Made by a program: the position numbers and the translations under genes. From positions 1,266 through 65,265 of the forward strand of contig JBBTXZ010000002.1 of the NCBI GenBank assembly GCA_038062015.1: a DNA stretch of 64,000 bases, written 5' to 3'. This DNA is from Patescibacteria group bacterium (GTDB taxonomy: Bacteria; Patescibacteriota; Minisyncoccia; 2-02-FULL-40-12). Below the pieces are notes generated by a model. That model saw only the letters and a program-made list of their open reading frames with translations. It made no database searches and was not told the DNA's origin. This document shows, piece by piece, positions 28,299-38,923 of the stretch. Within the stretch, counting starts at the first letter, position 1; each line of letters starts with the position of its first letter.

Positions 28299-29675
28299 TT
28301 AAGCTGATGTCAATTGAGCCGATATCAAGTTAGCGATCCGTTCGCCCGCTTTCCCATCAAGCGAAAAAAGATGGTTTCTAACAATATTATCTCTCCCATC
28401 TTGATCAATGGCAGGATCAGTCAAATAATTATTGATCCATAAAATCAAGTCTTTTTTATTTTCAACCACTCTCGTCCCGCCCTGAATTATCAAGCTTCTT
28501 ATATTATCTTCATTATGATATCTTTTTACACTAATTTCGTAATCCTTTTTCTCCCAGCCGTCAAAACTGACAATAATCTGGGGCTTGTTAAAAACTGCGG
28601 CATCCAAGCCAAGAGAAGTAGCGATATAAATTATTATGTCGGAGTAAAAAACAGAATTACGGAGGTGGCTTTCGTCATCCGGATTAATCTCTGTTACTCT
28701 CACATTGGTACCGAATTTTGTGCCCGGGTTTTCGATTATAAAATTTTCATCGGCCTCAAACTTTGAAAAATCAGCCGGGTGGGACGGATGGTTTCTGACT
28801 AAAAACTGAATATCATCTGGCAAAGCGCCATCTTTAATTGCATCTTTAAGAATTCGGCAGATTTGCCAATCTGTGTCTGAAAGAATTTTTCCGGCCGGGG
28901 CAAAAAGGATTAGCCTCTTTTTCGGGTTAACCCCGATTTTAGAAAAAAATTCTTCCCGGCTTAAAGTCGGGCCTTTAATAAAACTATCGAACTGAGGCAG
29001 ACCGACGACAGAAATAATTTTTTCTGAAACACTGTGAAACCTCACTGCCTCTTCTTTGGCCAACTTACTGTTAACAATAGCTTTATTAGGAATGATTCTT
29101 AAAACTCCTTTGGTTGTGGTATTATCCCAGGAACGAACCATCCCTATGGTTTTTATGCCTGCTTTTTTTGCCTGTCTCAAAAAGAGCGCATCGTATTCGG
29201 AAAAAATATCAGTTGAAAAAAATAAATCAGGCTTATATTTCAAAAAATATCCTTTAAAAATTTCTTTTGGAGAAAATATAAAATCTAAAAATCTATACAC
29301 TCCTCTTAGGGCGCTGACGTGGCTTAAAATCGAAGCAGAAGTATTAACCAAAAAGTAGTTCAAATAGCCAATAATATTTCGGTGTTCATATAATCTTGTT
29401 TTTCTTTGATCCTGGATATAAAAACTATTTTGAAGCAAAAAGGCCAGCCGATACCAAAATTTATTGTATGATGAACGAATTATTTTATCTAAATCTATAC
29501 CTTCAATTTCAATATTGGCCCCGCTGTAATATTTATTAATAAAATCTTTTTTATACTCATGAGTAAAAATAACAATTTTAATATCTTTTTGATTTTTTAA
29601 AATCCTAAACGCATCCGTATTTAAGATATTCCGGGAAACAAATGGATGGAAACAGCTTAGAAAAATCGTTTTCAT
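28299..29675 (-). CDS. hypothetical glycan-biosynthesis protein (possibly a TagF/KpsS-like transferase); family unresolved
   Basis: 458 aa, soluble, first gene of the long overlapping minus-strand operon directly downstream of the NeuB-like gene; no unambiguous motif. Confidence 0.25.
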   Translation of the reverse strand: MKTIFLSCFHPFVSRNILNTDAFRILKNQKDIKIVIFTHEYKKDFINKYYSGANIEIEGIDLDKIIRSSYNKFWYRLAFLLQNSFYIQDQRKTRLYEHRNIIGYLNYFLVNTSASILSHVSALRGVYRFLDFIFSPKEIFKGYFLKYKPDLFFSTDIFSEYDALFLRQAKKAGIKTIGMVRSWDNTTTKGVLRIIPNKAIVNSKLAKEEAVRFHSVSEKIISVVGLPQFDSFIKGPTLSREEFFSKIGVNPKKRLILFAPAGKILSDTDWQICRILKDAIKDGALPDDIQFLVRNHPSHPADFSKFEADENFIIENPGTKFGTNVRVTEINPDDESHLRNSVFYSDIIIYIATSLGLDAAVFNKPQIIVSFDGWEKKDYEISVKRYHNEDNIRSLIIQGGTRVVENKKDLILWINNYLTDPAIDQDGRDNIVRNHLFSLDGKAGERIANLISAQLTSA

Positions 29676-30733
29676 AAAATTTCTTTATAAACCTTTAAAT
29701 ATTCATCAACGGTTTTATTTAAATTATGGCTCTGGGCCCATTCTAAACTCGCTTGGCTCATTTGATAATATTTCTTTGAATTAATAATCTCTAAAATCGC
29801 TTCTGCTGTTTTTTCGATATTTTTTTGAGGAATTAAAATACCGTTATACCCGTTTTTAACTGCATCTCCAATACCATTGCCCAAAGTGCCAATCACTGGT
29901 AAACCAGCGGCGGCGGCTTCTAAAAAACCCAGGCCGAATCCCTCAAAATGATAATTATGATTGATCGATGTCAAAACAAACAATTTAGCGGTTTGATAAA
30001 GTTTTTTTAATTCCTCGTCCCCCATTTCTTCCAAAAATCCGATATCATTCCCAATATTATTATCTTTTACTAATTTTTTAAGATGCCCAAAATAACTTTT
30101 ATCGCCCTGATTCCCAACTATTTTATATTTTAAATCCGGAATTTCTTTTTTTGCTAAAACAAAAGCCGGTATGGAAATATGATAGCCTTTTCGAAACTTC
30201 AAAGCTCCGACACTAAGAATAAATTTTTCATCAGTTTTAATATGGGGCCTGTAAAATTTTTCAAAGTTTATTCCTGGATTTATTACTTTTATATTTTCAA
30301 GTCTTATTTTCTTAATAATTTCGGATTTAGTGAAATTACTTATTGTAATTATTTGGTTGGCTTTTTTATAAGCCCATTTTAATAATAGAGAAGTTCTAAA
30401 ATTGTATAATGGTTCAACCGCATAAGTGCCAACCCCGGTAATTATCAGCTTTTTACTTAGCCCCGTATTGGCTATAGCGCCAATTACGCCATAAGGATAT
30501 CCATCTAAAGCATGGATTATATCACAATCTTTTAGTAATTTTTTAATTTTAAAAGCGGGAGTAAAAACTCTTATGCCTCTTCTAAGTATTGGCATGCCTT
30601 CAAGCCCGTCATCCTCTTCTTTTAAAATAACGATTTCGTGGCCACTTTTTTTTACGCCATAAATCAAATCAGAAGCGTATCGGCCCCAGCCGTTTTTAGA
30701 ATTTAAATTATTAATTAGGTAAGCAATTTTCAT
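29672..30733 (-). CDS. GT4-family glycosyltransferase (GT-B)
   Basis: C-terminal FEGFGLGFLEAAAAGLPVIGT (E-x7-E-like GT4 motif). Confidence 0.8.
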   Translation of the reverse strand: MKIAYLINNLNSKNGWGRYASDLIYGVKKSGHEIVILKEEDDGLEGMPILRRGIRVFTPAFKIKKLLKDCDIIHALDGYPYGVIGAIANTGLSKKLIITGVGTYAVEPLYNFRTSLLLKWAYKKANQIITISNFTKSEIIKKIRLENIKVINPGINFEKFYRPHIKTDEKFILSVGALKFRKGYHISIPAFVLAKKEIPDLKYKIVGNQGDKSYFGHLKKLVKDNNIGNDIGFLEEMGDEELKKLYQTAKLFVLTSINHNYHFEGFGLGFLEAAAAGLPVIGTLGNGIGDAVKNGYNGILIPQKNIEKTAEAILEIINSKKYYQMSQASLEWAQSHNLNKTVDEYLKVYKEIL

Positions 30734-31782
30734 TTCTTAATTAAATTTGAGCTAATTAAATAATCAAGCAAGGCTTCGGCTACCCACTGGTTACCGGTTT
30801 CATTCCAGTGGCCGTCGCAGGGCCAGGTAAAATCGCTTTTTTCACTGACGTATTTTTCTATAAAAACCGGCATCAAGTCAAAATAATCAAAAGTGGAATG
30901 GTCGGCTATCAACTTTAATCTTTTTGCTTCTTCTGTTCCCCCCATAAAATCATAAGCTCTGGCATCAGCCAAAGATGCCAATAAAAATTTCGAAGACGAA
31001 TTTTTAACTATATTATTAAAAGAAGTTAAAAGTTTTTCCTCAGTTTCCCACGCTTGGTTTATTTTTTCAGGATCATCGCTTATTGGTGTATTTATAGTCT
31101 TTTTTTCAAGTTTTGATTTTAATTGCAAAATCTCTTTTCGCAACGTCGTCACCAAAACTGACTTTCTTAAATTTTTTTTGAAAAAAGCTTCGACTGTTTG
31201 AATAACTGACTTATATTCAACCAGGCTAATTTCCAAAACCGGCTGGCCATATTCATTAAATTGAATCATTTCCCGGAAATCATCTTCCAGATCATTTAAA
31301 GAATAGGCGGCAATAACTAAATCAGGCTTAAAATCCAAAGCATAGGCCTTCAAATAAAAAAGGCTCTTATAAGTCCCGTGGCTTGAAATACCAAAAGGCA
31401 TAACTTCATAACTATATTGTTTATCCGTCTGATTATTTAACTTTTTTTCCAAAAGATAGGCAAAAGTTTTTTCAATCGGCACCTGCGAGGCTTCAATAAA
31501 AGAATCACCAATGACTGCTATCCTAAAAACACCTGCAGTTTTTTCAAGATTATATTCTTTAGAGTGAAATCCTAAACTATTTGTTTTAATAACATTCGAA
31601 AAACACTCGCTTCGGATGTAAATGGAACTATCTGGCTTAAAAGTCAAGAGGCCAGTTTTTTCATCAACCCTATAAATACTACTCGCCGGAAAACCTAAAA
31701 ACCTCAAAAATACTTCAGAAAAAAAAATAGCGATTAGCAAACCAACCAGAACCAAACTAATCTTTTTGTATAACCCTGTCAT
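30730..31782 (-). CDS. membrane-anchored SGNH/GDSL-type hydrolase (possible glycan O-acyl esterase/transferase)
   Basis: N-terminal TM; block I VIGDSFIEAS; C-terminal DGHWN (D-x-x-H block V). Confidence 0.5.
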   Translation of the reverse strand: MTGLYKKISLVLVGLLIAIFFSEVFLRFLGFPASSIYRVDEKTGLLTFKPDSSIYIRSECFSNVIKTNSLGFHSKEYNLEKTAGVFRIAVIGDSFIEASQVPIEKTFAYLLEKKLNNQTDKQYSYEVMPFGISSHGTYKSLFYLKAYALDFKPDLVIAAYSLNDLEDDFREMIQFNEYGQPVLEISLVEYKSVIQTVEAFFKKNLRKSVLVTTLRKEILQLKSKLEKKTINTPISDDPEKINQAWETEEKLLTSFNNIVKNSSSKFLLASLADARAYDFMGGTEEAKRLKLIADHSTFDYFDLMPVFIEKYVSEKSDFTWPCDGHWNETGNQWVAEALLDYLISSNLIKK

Positions 31783-33524
31783 TTTGCCATATATATCACA
31801 AAATCACTGTTTTCAAAAACACTTTCCAAGAATTTCTGATTATTTAACTGCCAGTCGGGATTTCTGTTTTTGTCCCAGATAAAGTAATCGGCTTTATAAT
31901 CCTTAGTCCCCTCTTCAATCCCCTCTTCCAAAGAATTATTTTGTATTTCTGCGGCCCTAGTTAAAACTTTATTTATTTCTTCTTCAGGTAAACGAGTTTC
32001 ATCTTTCAACTCCAAACCTAAAAGTTTTCGCCATTTATTTGCCTGAACCGCATCGCCGTATTTATCCACATATCTGACTCCCCAAATTGCTCTTTCATTT
32101 TCAACCGCAAAATCCCGATCAAACTCTTCAAAAAAATTATTGAGAATAAACCTTTCGCCTACCTCATTATCGGCCATTATGAATAAATTAGCGTAGCGGG
32201 AATAAAAAACATTATTTGACGTGTAAACTGGAATTAAACCTGAAATTTCTTCGTTGGCGTAAATAACCGAATCAGCCGGAGTATTTTCATTAAACCAGTC
32301 AAAAATTATTCTGTAGTTTTGGGCATAAATATCCTTATTGGAAACTCTTGTAATTCTTTGAGCATAGTCGTAAGCACCATTGACGCTAAGAATAACCATT
32401 AAAAAAGCGATGATAAATTTAAACCTGAAATTAACCTTGCTCCACAAATAGTAAAGTCCAAAAACCAAAAAGAATACCGCCGGCATCCGGTAATGGCCGA
32501 ATTCAAACTTCTGGCCGGTCAAAATATTCTGATTGGTGATTAATAGAATCGAGACAATGCCAATAATAAAAAATAAGATCTCTTTATTTATTTTTATAAA
32601 CTTAAAGCGGTATAAAATAATAAACAGAATTAGAATGAGAAATGACGGTAAAACGGTTTTAATCTCAGACGGAGAGCGGGAAAAAACCAATTGAACCCTG
32701 GTTAAAGTTTCCTGATACTCTGGAAGCTGATTAGTTAAAAAAGAAAGATAAAAATAAAAAGAGCCAATAATGAACCCGCCGGCTAAAATTTTAAAGAATT
32801 GTTTTGATAATAATCTTTCTCCAAAAAAATAAATCAAAGCGACTGCCGCGAAGAAAACCAAATAAAAAGTCCAATAAAACGGATAGAGATAAAATAACAA
32901 ACCGAAGTTAAAAATATTTAATATCAGAAGTAGTCTTTTGGAAATACGATGATATAATGATATATAATCGTATTTATATTCTACTAATAACCAAAGAAAA
33001 ATGAACTGTATCAACCAGAATAGAAAAACAAATTGCGGAATCACCGGCCGGGTGAATTTAAAAAGGTAAAGACCGAAAAACAAAAATACTGCAAAAAAAT
33101 TAGCCCAAAATCTTGAAGGATAAATCAAATAAAAAACTGTATAAGTCAGGATAAAAGCCAGAGCCGGAAGAACGAAATTATATACAATCCTTCCTTGAAT
33201 TACATCAAGATTAAATAACTTAAGCGGCTGGGCTAAAAGCCATTCCGGTAAAAATAACTGCTGGGGTAATTGATTTTTATATTCTGCTAAATAAGCATTG
33301 CCTAAAGTTGGATGACCGTCTAAAACGTCTTTAATTCTAGCCATATAAAAGAGTTCATCATCAATGATTTGACTAAGTATGCCTTCATATTGGCCGCCTA
33401 ATGATATCTGAAAATAAAAAAACGGCAGAATCATCAAAAAACCTAAAATAAAAGCTATTAAAATAGCCGGCCAGTGATTCTTAATTCTTAAAATAATTTT
33501 TAATTTTACATTGTCATTTTTCAT
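31779..33524 (-). CDS. polytopic membrane protein (GT-C-like transferase or polymerase candidate)
   Basis: about 12 TM helices in the first ~390 aa, then a soluble C-domain; sits next to a polyprenyl-P sugar synthase gene. Confidence 0.3.
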   Translation of the reverse strand: MKNDNVKLKIILRIKNHWPAILIAFILGFLMILPFFYFQISLGGQYEGILSQIIDDELFYMARIKDVLDGHPTLGNAYLAEYKNQLPQQLFLPEWLLAQPLKLFNLDVIQGRIVYNFVLPALAFILTYTVFYLIYPSRFWANFFAVFLFFGLYLFKFTRPVIPQFVFLFWLIQFIFLWLLVEYKYDYISLYHRISKRLLLILNIFNFGLLFYLYPFYWTFYLVFFAAVALIYFFGERLLSKQFFKILAGGFIIGSFYFYLSFLTNQLPEYQETLTRVQLVFSRSPSEIKTVLPSFLILILFIILYRFKFIKINKEILFFIIGIVSILLITNQNILTGQKFEFGHYRMPAVFFLVFGLYYLWSKVNFRFKFIIAFLMVILSVNGAYDYAQRITRVSNKDIYAQNYRIIFDWFNENTPADSVIYANEEISGLIPVYTSNNVFYSRYANLFIMADNEVGERFILNNFFEEFDRDFAVENERAIWGVRYVDKYGDAVQANKWRKLLGLELKDETRLPEEEINKVLTRAAEIQNNSLEEGIEEGTKDYKADYFIWDKNRNPDWQLNNQKFLESVFENSDFVIYMAK

Positions 33525-34221
33525 TTTTAACTTTTAATTTTATTGGCAGCCATATTGCTTCCCAGATATTTTCAAAAGACATTTTTGATTCCCCTTCTCT
33601 TCTTTCAGTAAAAGTAATCGGATGCTCAAAAATTTTATATCCAGCTTTAAAAATTTTATATTTAAATTCAACCAAAAAGGCGTAGCCCTCCGATTTTATT
33701 GAATCTAAATCAATGCTTCTCAAAATATTCTTGCGAAAACAGACAAAGCCCGTAGTCATATCGTTAACTGGAATTCCAAGAATCATTCTGACGTAAAAAT
33801 TGGCGAATCGGCTTAAAAACCGGCGCGACCAAGTCCAGTTTTCAATTCTTCCCCCTTTAACATAGCGAGAGCCGACAATAACATCGAGATCAGAAAGTTT
33901 TTCAATCATTTTTGGAATTTCTTTCGGATCATGAGAAAAATCCGCATCCATCATCACAATTTTTTCACACTGCTTCAGGTTAGCCGCTTTCTTAAAGCCA
34001 TCAATATAAGATTTGCCAAAACCTCGATCGGCTATTCTTTGATGACAAATTAATTGCGAAAATTCATTTTGCAATCCCCCGACGACCCCAGCCGTACCGT
34101 CTGGAGAATTGTCATCTACCACTAAAATTGAAATATCCGGAAGATTTTCAAAAATAGCACGAACCAAAGAAATAATGTTTTCTTTTTCATTATAAGTCGG
34201 AATAATAATTAAAGTCTGCAT
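33514..34221 (-). CDS. GT2 polyprenol-phosphate sugar synthase (Dpm1/ArnC-like)
   Basis: IIIPTYNEKENI...VVDDNSPDGT...MDADFSHDP. Confidence 0.8.
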   Translation of the reverse strand: MQTLIIIPTYNEKENIISLVRAIFENLPDISILVVDDNSPDGTAGVVGGLQNEFSQLICHQRIADRGFGKSYIDGFKKAANLKQCEKIVMMDADFSHDPKEIPKMIEKLSDLDVIVGSRYVKGGRIENWTWSRRFLSRFANFYVRMILGIPVNDMTTGFVCFRKNILRSIDLDSIKSEGYAFLVEFKYKIFKAGYKIFEHPITFTERREGESKMSFENIWEAIWLPIKLKVKNEK

Positions 34222-36012
34222 TTATGATTTATAAATTAAGAAACTTTCGATAACTAAAACATCCATTTCGCTTTTCCTGAATGTATTAATGGCTTCGGCT
34301 GGCGTATTAACTATCGGCTCTCCTTTAAGATTAAATGAGGTATTTAAAACCATTGGCACGCCGGTTCTTTGACGAAATCGGTCAATCAGATTCCAATAGC
34401 GGGGCGAAATCTCTTTAAAAACAAGCTGGGGCCGAGCCGTGCCGTCAACATGAGTAATAGCCGGAATAACGCTTTGTTTTTCTTTTTTTACCGGCACTAC
34501 ATAAAGCATGAATCTCGCCGGATAATGATTTTGGGCGTTGGGAATTTCAAAAAAATCTTCGGCGTATTCAGCTAAAACTGACGGCGCAAAAGGTCTATAT
34601 GGTTCCCGAAACTTAATTTTAGTGTTAACTATATCTTTCATTTCGGCTCGCCTCGGATCAGCGATAATGGAACGGTTGCCCAAAGCTCTCGGCCCCCACT
34701 CAAAACGGCCCTGAAACCAACCGATAACTTTTCCTTTTTCCAAGTTTTCTGAAACAGAATTTATCAATTTTTCTTCATCATCAAAGTATTCAAAACTATC
34801 AATATTTTTATTCCTTAAAGTTTCTTTAATTTCGTCATTTGAATAACTTTTTCCGTAATAAGCATGTTCAAACACAAACTTTCTGTCATTCTTCAAGCCC
34901 ATATGCCAAATTGCTAAAGCCGCCCCCAAAGCTCCGCCGCCGTCGCCGGCCGAAGGTTGGATGAAAATTTCTCTAAAAGGAGTCCCCTGAATAATTTTCC
35001 AATTTGCCACCGAATTTAAAGCCACGCCGCCTGCCAGGCATAATTTATCGCAACCGGTAATCTTATAAGCTTCTTTTGCAAGATTAATCACGCCTTCCTC
35101 TAAAACACTCTGAATTGAAGCGGCAATATCAGCATAATATTCCTGTTCTTTTGCCAACTGTTCAAATTTTTCATCTTCCGGCTTTAACCCGAAATAAGAA
35201 GGCCAACCAGTGGATCTGGTGAAAAATTTTGATTTGGGATCTCGGGGCCGGCCGAACAGCTCAATAAACTTTTTTGAAAATGTTTTTTTGTCTGATCGGT
35301 GAAATAAAAAATAATTAAGATTTAAAACAAATGATCCATCACCAAAAAAAGTAATCAGTTTTTTAATTTTATCATGGTAAATCGGTTTTCCATAAGGAGC
35401 CATGCCCATAACCTTATACTCGCCTTCGTTAACTTCAAAACCCAAAAAAGCCGTAAAAGCCGAATATAAAAGGCCAAGCGAATGCGGGAAATAGACTTTT
35501 TTTAAAACCTTAATCTTGTTACCTTCGCCTATGCCAATAGTTGTCGTAGCCCACTCACCCACTCCGTCAATCGTTAAAATAGCGGCCTTTTCATAAGGCG
35601 AACATAAAAAGGCGGAAGCGGCGTGGGAAAGGTGGTGCTCTGAAAATAAAATCTTATCCGGACTGATTCCTATTTCTTTTGAAATTATTTCCCTTATCCA
35701 AATTTTTGAAATGAATAAGTTTTTCATCCCGTGAATAAAAGCCAGAGGCGAATAAGGAAAGGTTGAAAGAAAAGTTTTGAAAATTCTTTCAAGTTTAAGG
35801 AACGGTTTCTCATAAAAAACCACATGATCTAACTCTTCAAGTTTTATACTCCCTTCTTTTAAAACAAATTCTATGGCGTTTTTAGGAAAATCAGAATCGT
35901 GTTTTTTTCTGGAAAAACGCTCTTCTTCGGCCATCGCTCGAGGAACACCGTTAATAAGCAAGGCTGCTGCTGAATCGTGATAATAAAAAGAGAGGCCCAG
36001 TATCTTACTCAT
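34222..36012 (-). CDS. carbamoyltransferase (NodU/CmcH/TobZ family)
   Basis: ILGLSFYYHDSAAALLINGV...AMAEEERFSRKKHD N-domain (ASKHA-like) and a C-terminal YrdC-like region; 596 aa. Confidence 0.85.
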   Translation of the reverse strand: MSKILGLSFYYHDSAAALLINGVPRAMAEEERFSRKKHDSDFPKNAIEFVLKEGSIKLEELDHVVFYEKPFLKLERIFKTFLSTFPYSPLAFIHGMKNLFISKIWIREIISKEIGISPDKILFSEHHLSHAASAFLCSPYEKAAILTIDGVGEWATTTIGIGEGNKIKVLKKVYFPHSLGLLYSAFTAFLGFEVNEGEYKVMGMAPYGKPIYHDKIKKLITFFGDGSFVLNLNYFLFHRSDKKTFSKKFIELFGRPRDPKSKFFTRSTGWPSYFGLKPEDEKFEQLAKEQEYYADIAASIQSVLEEGVINLAKEAYKITGCDKLCLAGGVALNSVANWKIIQGTPFREIFIQPSAGDGGGALGAALAIWHMGLKNDRKFVFEHAYYGKSYSNDEIKETLRNKNIDSFEYFDDEEKLINSVSENLEKGKVIGWFQGRFEWGPRALGNRSIIADPRRAEMKDIVNTKIKFREPYRPFAPSVLAEYAEDFFEIPNAQNHYPARFMLYVVPVKKEKQSVIPAITHVDGTARPQLVFKEISPRYWNLIDRFRQRTGVPMVLNTSFNLKGEPIVNTPAEAINTFRKSEMDVLVIESFLIYKS

Positions 36013-36223
36013 TTATAAAATCTGGCATAGTAAATGAATTCTTTGATCTAACCAGCCAGTTAGAAAAGTCTGTTTTTGATGTTAATGGATTCGAAAATAA
36101 TTTGAAGATAACGGCAAAAATCATAAAGATAGTGTAATAAAAAACAAACAAAAAAATACCGGAGATGATATTGCCGATAAAAAAGAGAGTTTTTTGGAGT
36201 CTATTCCAAAGGGCTTTAAACAT
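36005..36223 (-). CDS. small membrane protein often paired with carbamoyltransferases (SxtJ-like)
   Basis: 72 aa, 2 TM; overlaps the carbamoyltransferase gene by 8 bp. Confidence 0.3.
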   Translation of the reverse strand: MFKALWNRLQKTLFFIGNIISGIFLFVFYYTIFMIFAVIFKLFSNPLTSKTDFSNWLVRSKNSFTMPDFINE

Positions 36224-36229
36224 AGAGTT

Positions 36230-36424
36230 TCAAAAAATAGTGTAAATAAGCGGGCCAAGCGGAGAGCTCTGGGCAAAAATTATAATCAAGAAAAAAACAA
36301 CTAACAGCGCCACTATTGGGATCATCCACCACATCTTATTTATCCATAAAAAACCGAACAAACGGCCAATAATAGAAAATTTAAGTTTAATGGTTCGGAT
36401 AGCAGATTGTATAAATCCCATCAA
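36230..36424 (-). CDS. small membrane protein (DUF5989/SxtK-like)
   Basis: 64 aa; WWMIPIVALLVVFFLIIIF...SPLGPLIYTIF resembles the W-W-x-IP ... P-F-IYTLF pattern of this family. Confidence 0.35.
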   Translation of the reverse strand: MMGFIQSAIRTIKLKFSIIGRLFGFLWINKMWWMIPIVALLVVFFLIIIFAQSSPLGPLIYTIF

Positions 36425-36466
36425 AACTAATCTATCATTTTATTAACTTTTTATCAAAGAGGTTTT

Positions 36467-36531
36467 ACTCCCACACTCATCCCAAATACTCAAATTTAAG
36501 TAGTGGGGGCTTTCATGTATGAGTGTGGGGG
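36467..36531. repeat. GC-rich palindromic mini-element, copy A (arms actcccacactcat / atgagtgtggggg)
   Basis: inverted repeat read directly; right arm encodes the last residues NPHTHT* of gene 36513..37778; same termini as copies at 46046 and 61146. Confidence 0.55.
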
Positions 36532-37778
36532 TTTACCAAATCAAGACCGTTTTTAAAACCTAAAAGGCCGGTTAAAATAAATAACGGCTCAACCACAAAG
36601 CGCAATCCGGCTGAACTAACTGCACCGCTTAAAGCCGCAAAATAAAAAATCAGCAAAGCAAAAAATAAAATCAGTTCTTTATCTTGAGAATTTCTTCTAA
36701 AAAACGAGGATAAATAAAAAATCATCCCGGCAAAAATAACAAAAAGAGAGATTCTTTCAATCAAAATCAAACTAAATTCGTCTTGTTCTAGCCAGTACCT
36801 TATTCCATCCCGAACAAAGAATTTAAACCCTAAAATGCCTCTTGTGGCTAAAAGCCCAAGCGGCGACTCAAAAAAAACTTCTTTGGCTCTTTGTTTTAAA
36901 ATATCAGAATGAAAATAAGTGAAATATTCATCGAAAGATACAATTTGAGTTTGCTCGTTCATTTTATTCTCTAAAAATTCTCGGGCTTGAGCAAAAGAAA
37001 GATCATGATTAAAAGAATAAACTGCCGGGGCATCGTAAAAATACAGCTGATATGGACCAATTGAGGATAATGAAAATTCTCCAAAAAGACGGTAATTTCT
37101 TATCATCCACGGCAAAAGAATCAAAAAGAAAATAAAAATTAGCCCGAAAGATTTGTAAAGAAATAACTTCTTATTTAAAAACCTTTGGTTGTAAAAAAAT
37201 GAAATCAAAAATGGAATATAAATAAAAACTGCTATTGGCCTGATTAAAGCCAAAACCGGCAATAAAAACGAAACATATAAAAAGAACTTGTTTTGATTAG
37301 TTTTTAAAAACAAAACCCAGAACCAAACTGCAAGCATCAATGTAAAAAGAAAAAGCGGCTGGGTAAGAAACTGCAAAGAAACCTGCAAAGAAAAAGGCAT
37401 AAAAAGAAAAATTGCGGCGGCCAGCTCCCCTATTCTTTTCTTACCCGATATTTCGGCTAGCAAAAATAAAATGTAAGCCGAAGCAACAACCAGAATTGAC
37501 TGGACAACTAATGCGGCCAGATAATTCCCAAAAATGGCCTTATGTAAAAACAAAAAGAAAGGATATCCGGGAGTACGGAAAGAATTTGGTACGAATGGCT
37601 CATCGGCCTCCCAAGAGAAAATTTTATTTACCCTCATATTTTCGGCTAACTGGACATAGCCAAAAGAATCATCATCGTAAAAAAACTCCTGACTATCTAA
37701 AAAATTGAAAAACAGGAAAAGCCTCGCCAATAAACCGGCTAGAAGAATTAAATAAATTACTTTTCTGTTCTGATTCAT
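36513..37778 (-). CDS. GT-C glycosyltransferase of the ArnT/PMT (GT39/GT83-like) family
   Basis: N-terminal TM bundle with an acidic loop (FFYDDDSFGY) and RTPGYPFFLFL; 421 aa polytopic. Confidence 0.55.
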   Translation of the reverse strand: MNQNRKVIYLILLAGLLARLFLFFNFLDSQEFFYDDDSFGYVQLAENMRVNKIFSWEADEPFVPNSFRTPGYPFFLFLHKAIFGNYLAALVVQSILVVASAYILFLLAEISGKKRIGELAAAIFLFMPFSLQVSLQFLTQPLFLFTLMLAVWFWVLFLKTNQNKFFLYVSFLLPVLALIRPIAVFIYIPFLISFFYNQRFLNKKLFLYKSFGLIFIFFLILLPWMIRNYRLFGEFSLSSIGPYQLYFYDAPAVYSFNHDLSFAQAREFLENKMNEQTQIVSFDEYFTYFHSDILKQRAKEVFFESPLGLLATRGILGFKFFVRDGIRYWLEQDEFSLILIERISLFVIFAGMIFYLSSFFRRNSQDKELILFFALLIFYFAALSGAVSSAGLRFVVEPLFILTGLLGFKNGLDLVNPHTHT

Positions 37779-37779
37779 T

Positions 37780-38913
37780 TTAACCTACAAAATCTAGAAT
37801 TTTTTTTGCTCTATTCTCCCAAGTATGATTCTTAACTTTTTCAAAAGCTCTACTACTGATAGATCGGCCTAAATTTTCATTATTAAGAATATTTTTAATG
37901 CTTTCAGCTAATTGACTCGAATCGCCTGACTCAAAAAATACCGCACTATTTTCATCTAAAACTTCTCTAAGGGATGGCAAATCAGAAGCAATAATCGGCC
38001 GACCAGAAGCCATATACTCAAAAAGTTTTAAAGGCGAGGTATATAATTCGGATATTTTTTCTTCTTTTTTGTTAGGTAAAACTAAAGCGTCAGCGGCTTT
38101 CAAATAAAAAGGAATATCGCGGTAAGGCTTATGACCTAAAAATAAAATATTCTTTGCCTGATGTTCTTTAATTAAAACTTTAGAATCTTTTATATCTTTA
38201 TCAGTTCCTCCTATAAAAACAAAAAGAAATTCTTTAAGGATTAAGGCTGCTTCAATTAAAGTGTCTACACCCTTCCATTTAAACAAATGGCCAGAGTACG
38301 CCACTATTTTTTTATCCAAGGGAAGATTTAGTTTTTTTCTAGCTTCAGTTTTTGATACATTGATATCGAAATCTTTTAAATCAACAGCATCAAAAGCAAC
38401 CAAAATATTATTGGAATCAAAGCCGATTTTTTGAAATTCATTTTTAATGCCATTGGAAATAGCGATTATTTTTATTTTTCTGTTTTTAAACCTTTTATAT
38501 AAAAAAATCCTCTTTTTTGAAAATTTATGGACTTCAAAAAATAAATTTTCCCTAAAAAAACTCAAAAGATAAAGAGGCAGTTCGTCGCGGGAATAAATTA
38601 TATTGGCTTCATGACTCAAAGCATAAATCGCTAGAATAAAAGCTGAAATTAAATGTTTAATTTGAAAAGCAATCTGATCGAGACGACCAGGCAGATAAAA
38701 ATCCAAAGAAAAAATCTTTTTAAACTCAAAATTTTCTTTTACACCGTAGTATCTAAAAAAGTTTTCTTTTATTTTGCTGATTCGATACGGAGCAACTAAA
38801 CGAACTTTCATTCCGGCATCGCTAAAAACCTCACACATCTTAGAAATCTGTATCCCATAAGCTTTTTCAGTCGGCAGACGGTGATTGGCAAGGTATAGAA
38901 TCTTCAACGTCAA
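37780..38913 (-). CDS. GT4-family glycosyltransferase
   Basis: ELYTSPLKLFEYMASGRPIIASDLPSLREVL. Confidence 0.8.
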   Translation of the reverse strand: MTLKILYLANHRLPTEKAYGIQISKMCEVFSDAGMKVRLVAPYRISKIKENFFRYYGVKENFEFKKIFSLDFYLPGRLDQIAFQIKHLISAFILAIYALSHEANIIYSRDELPLYLLSFFRENLFFEVHKFSKKRIFLYKRFKNRKIKIIAISNGIKNEFQKIGFDSNNILVAFDAVDLKDFDINVSKTEARKKLNLPLDKKIVAYSGHLFKWKGVDTLIEAALILKEFLFVFIGGTDKDIKDSKVLIKEHQAKNILFLGHKPYRDIPFYLKAADALVLPNKKEEKISELYTSPLKLFEYMASGRPIIASDLPSLREVLDENSAVFFESGDSSQLAESIKNILNNENLGRSISSRAFEKVKNHTWENRAKKILDFVG

Positions 38914-38923
38914 TTTCTCTAAA

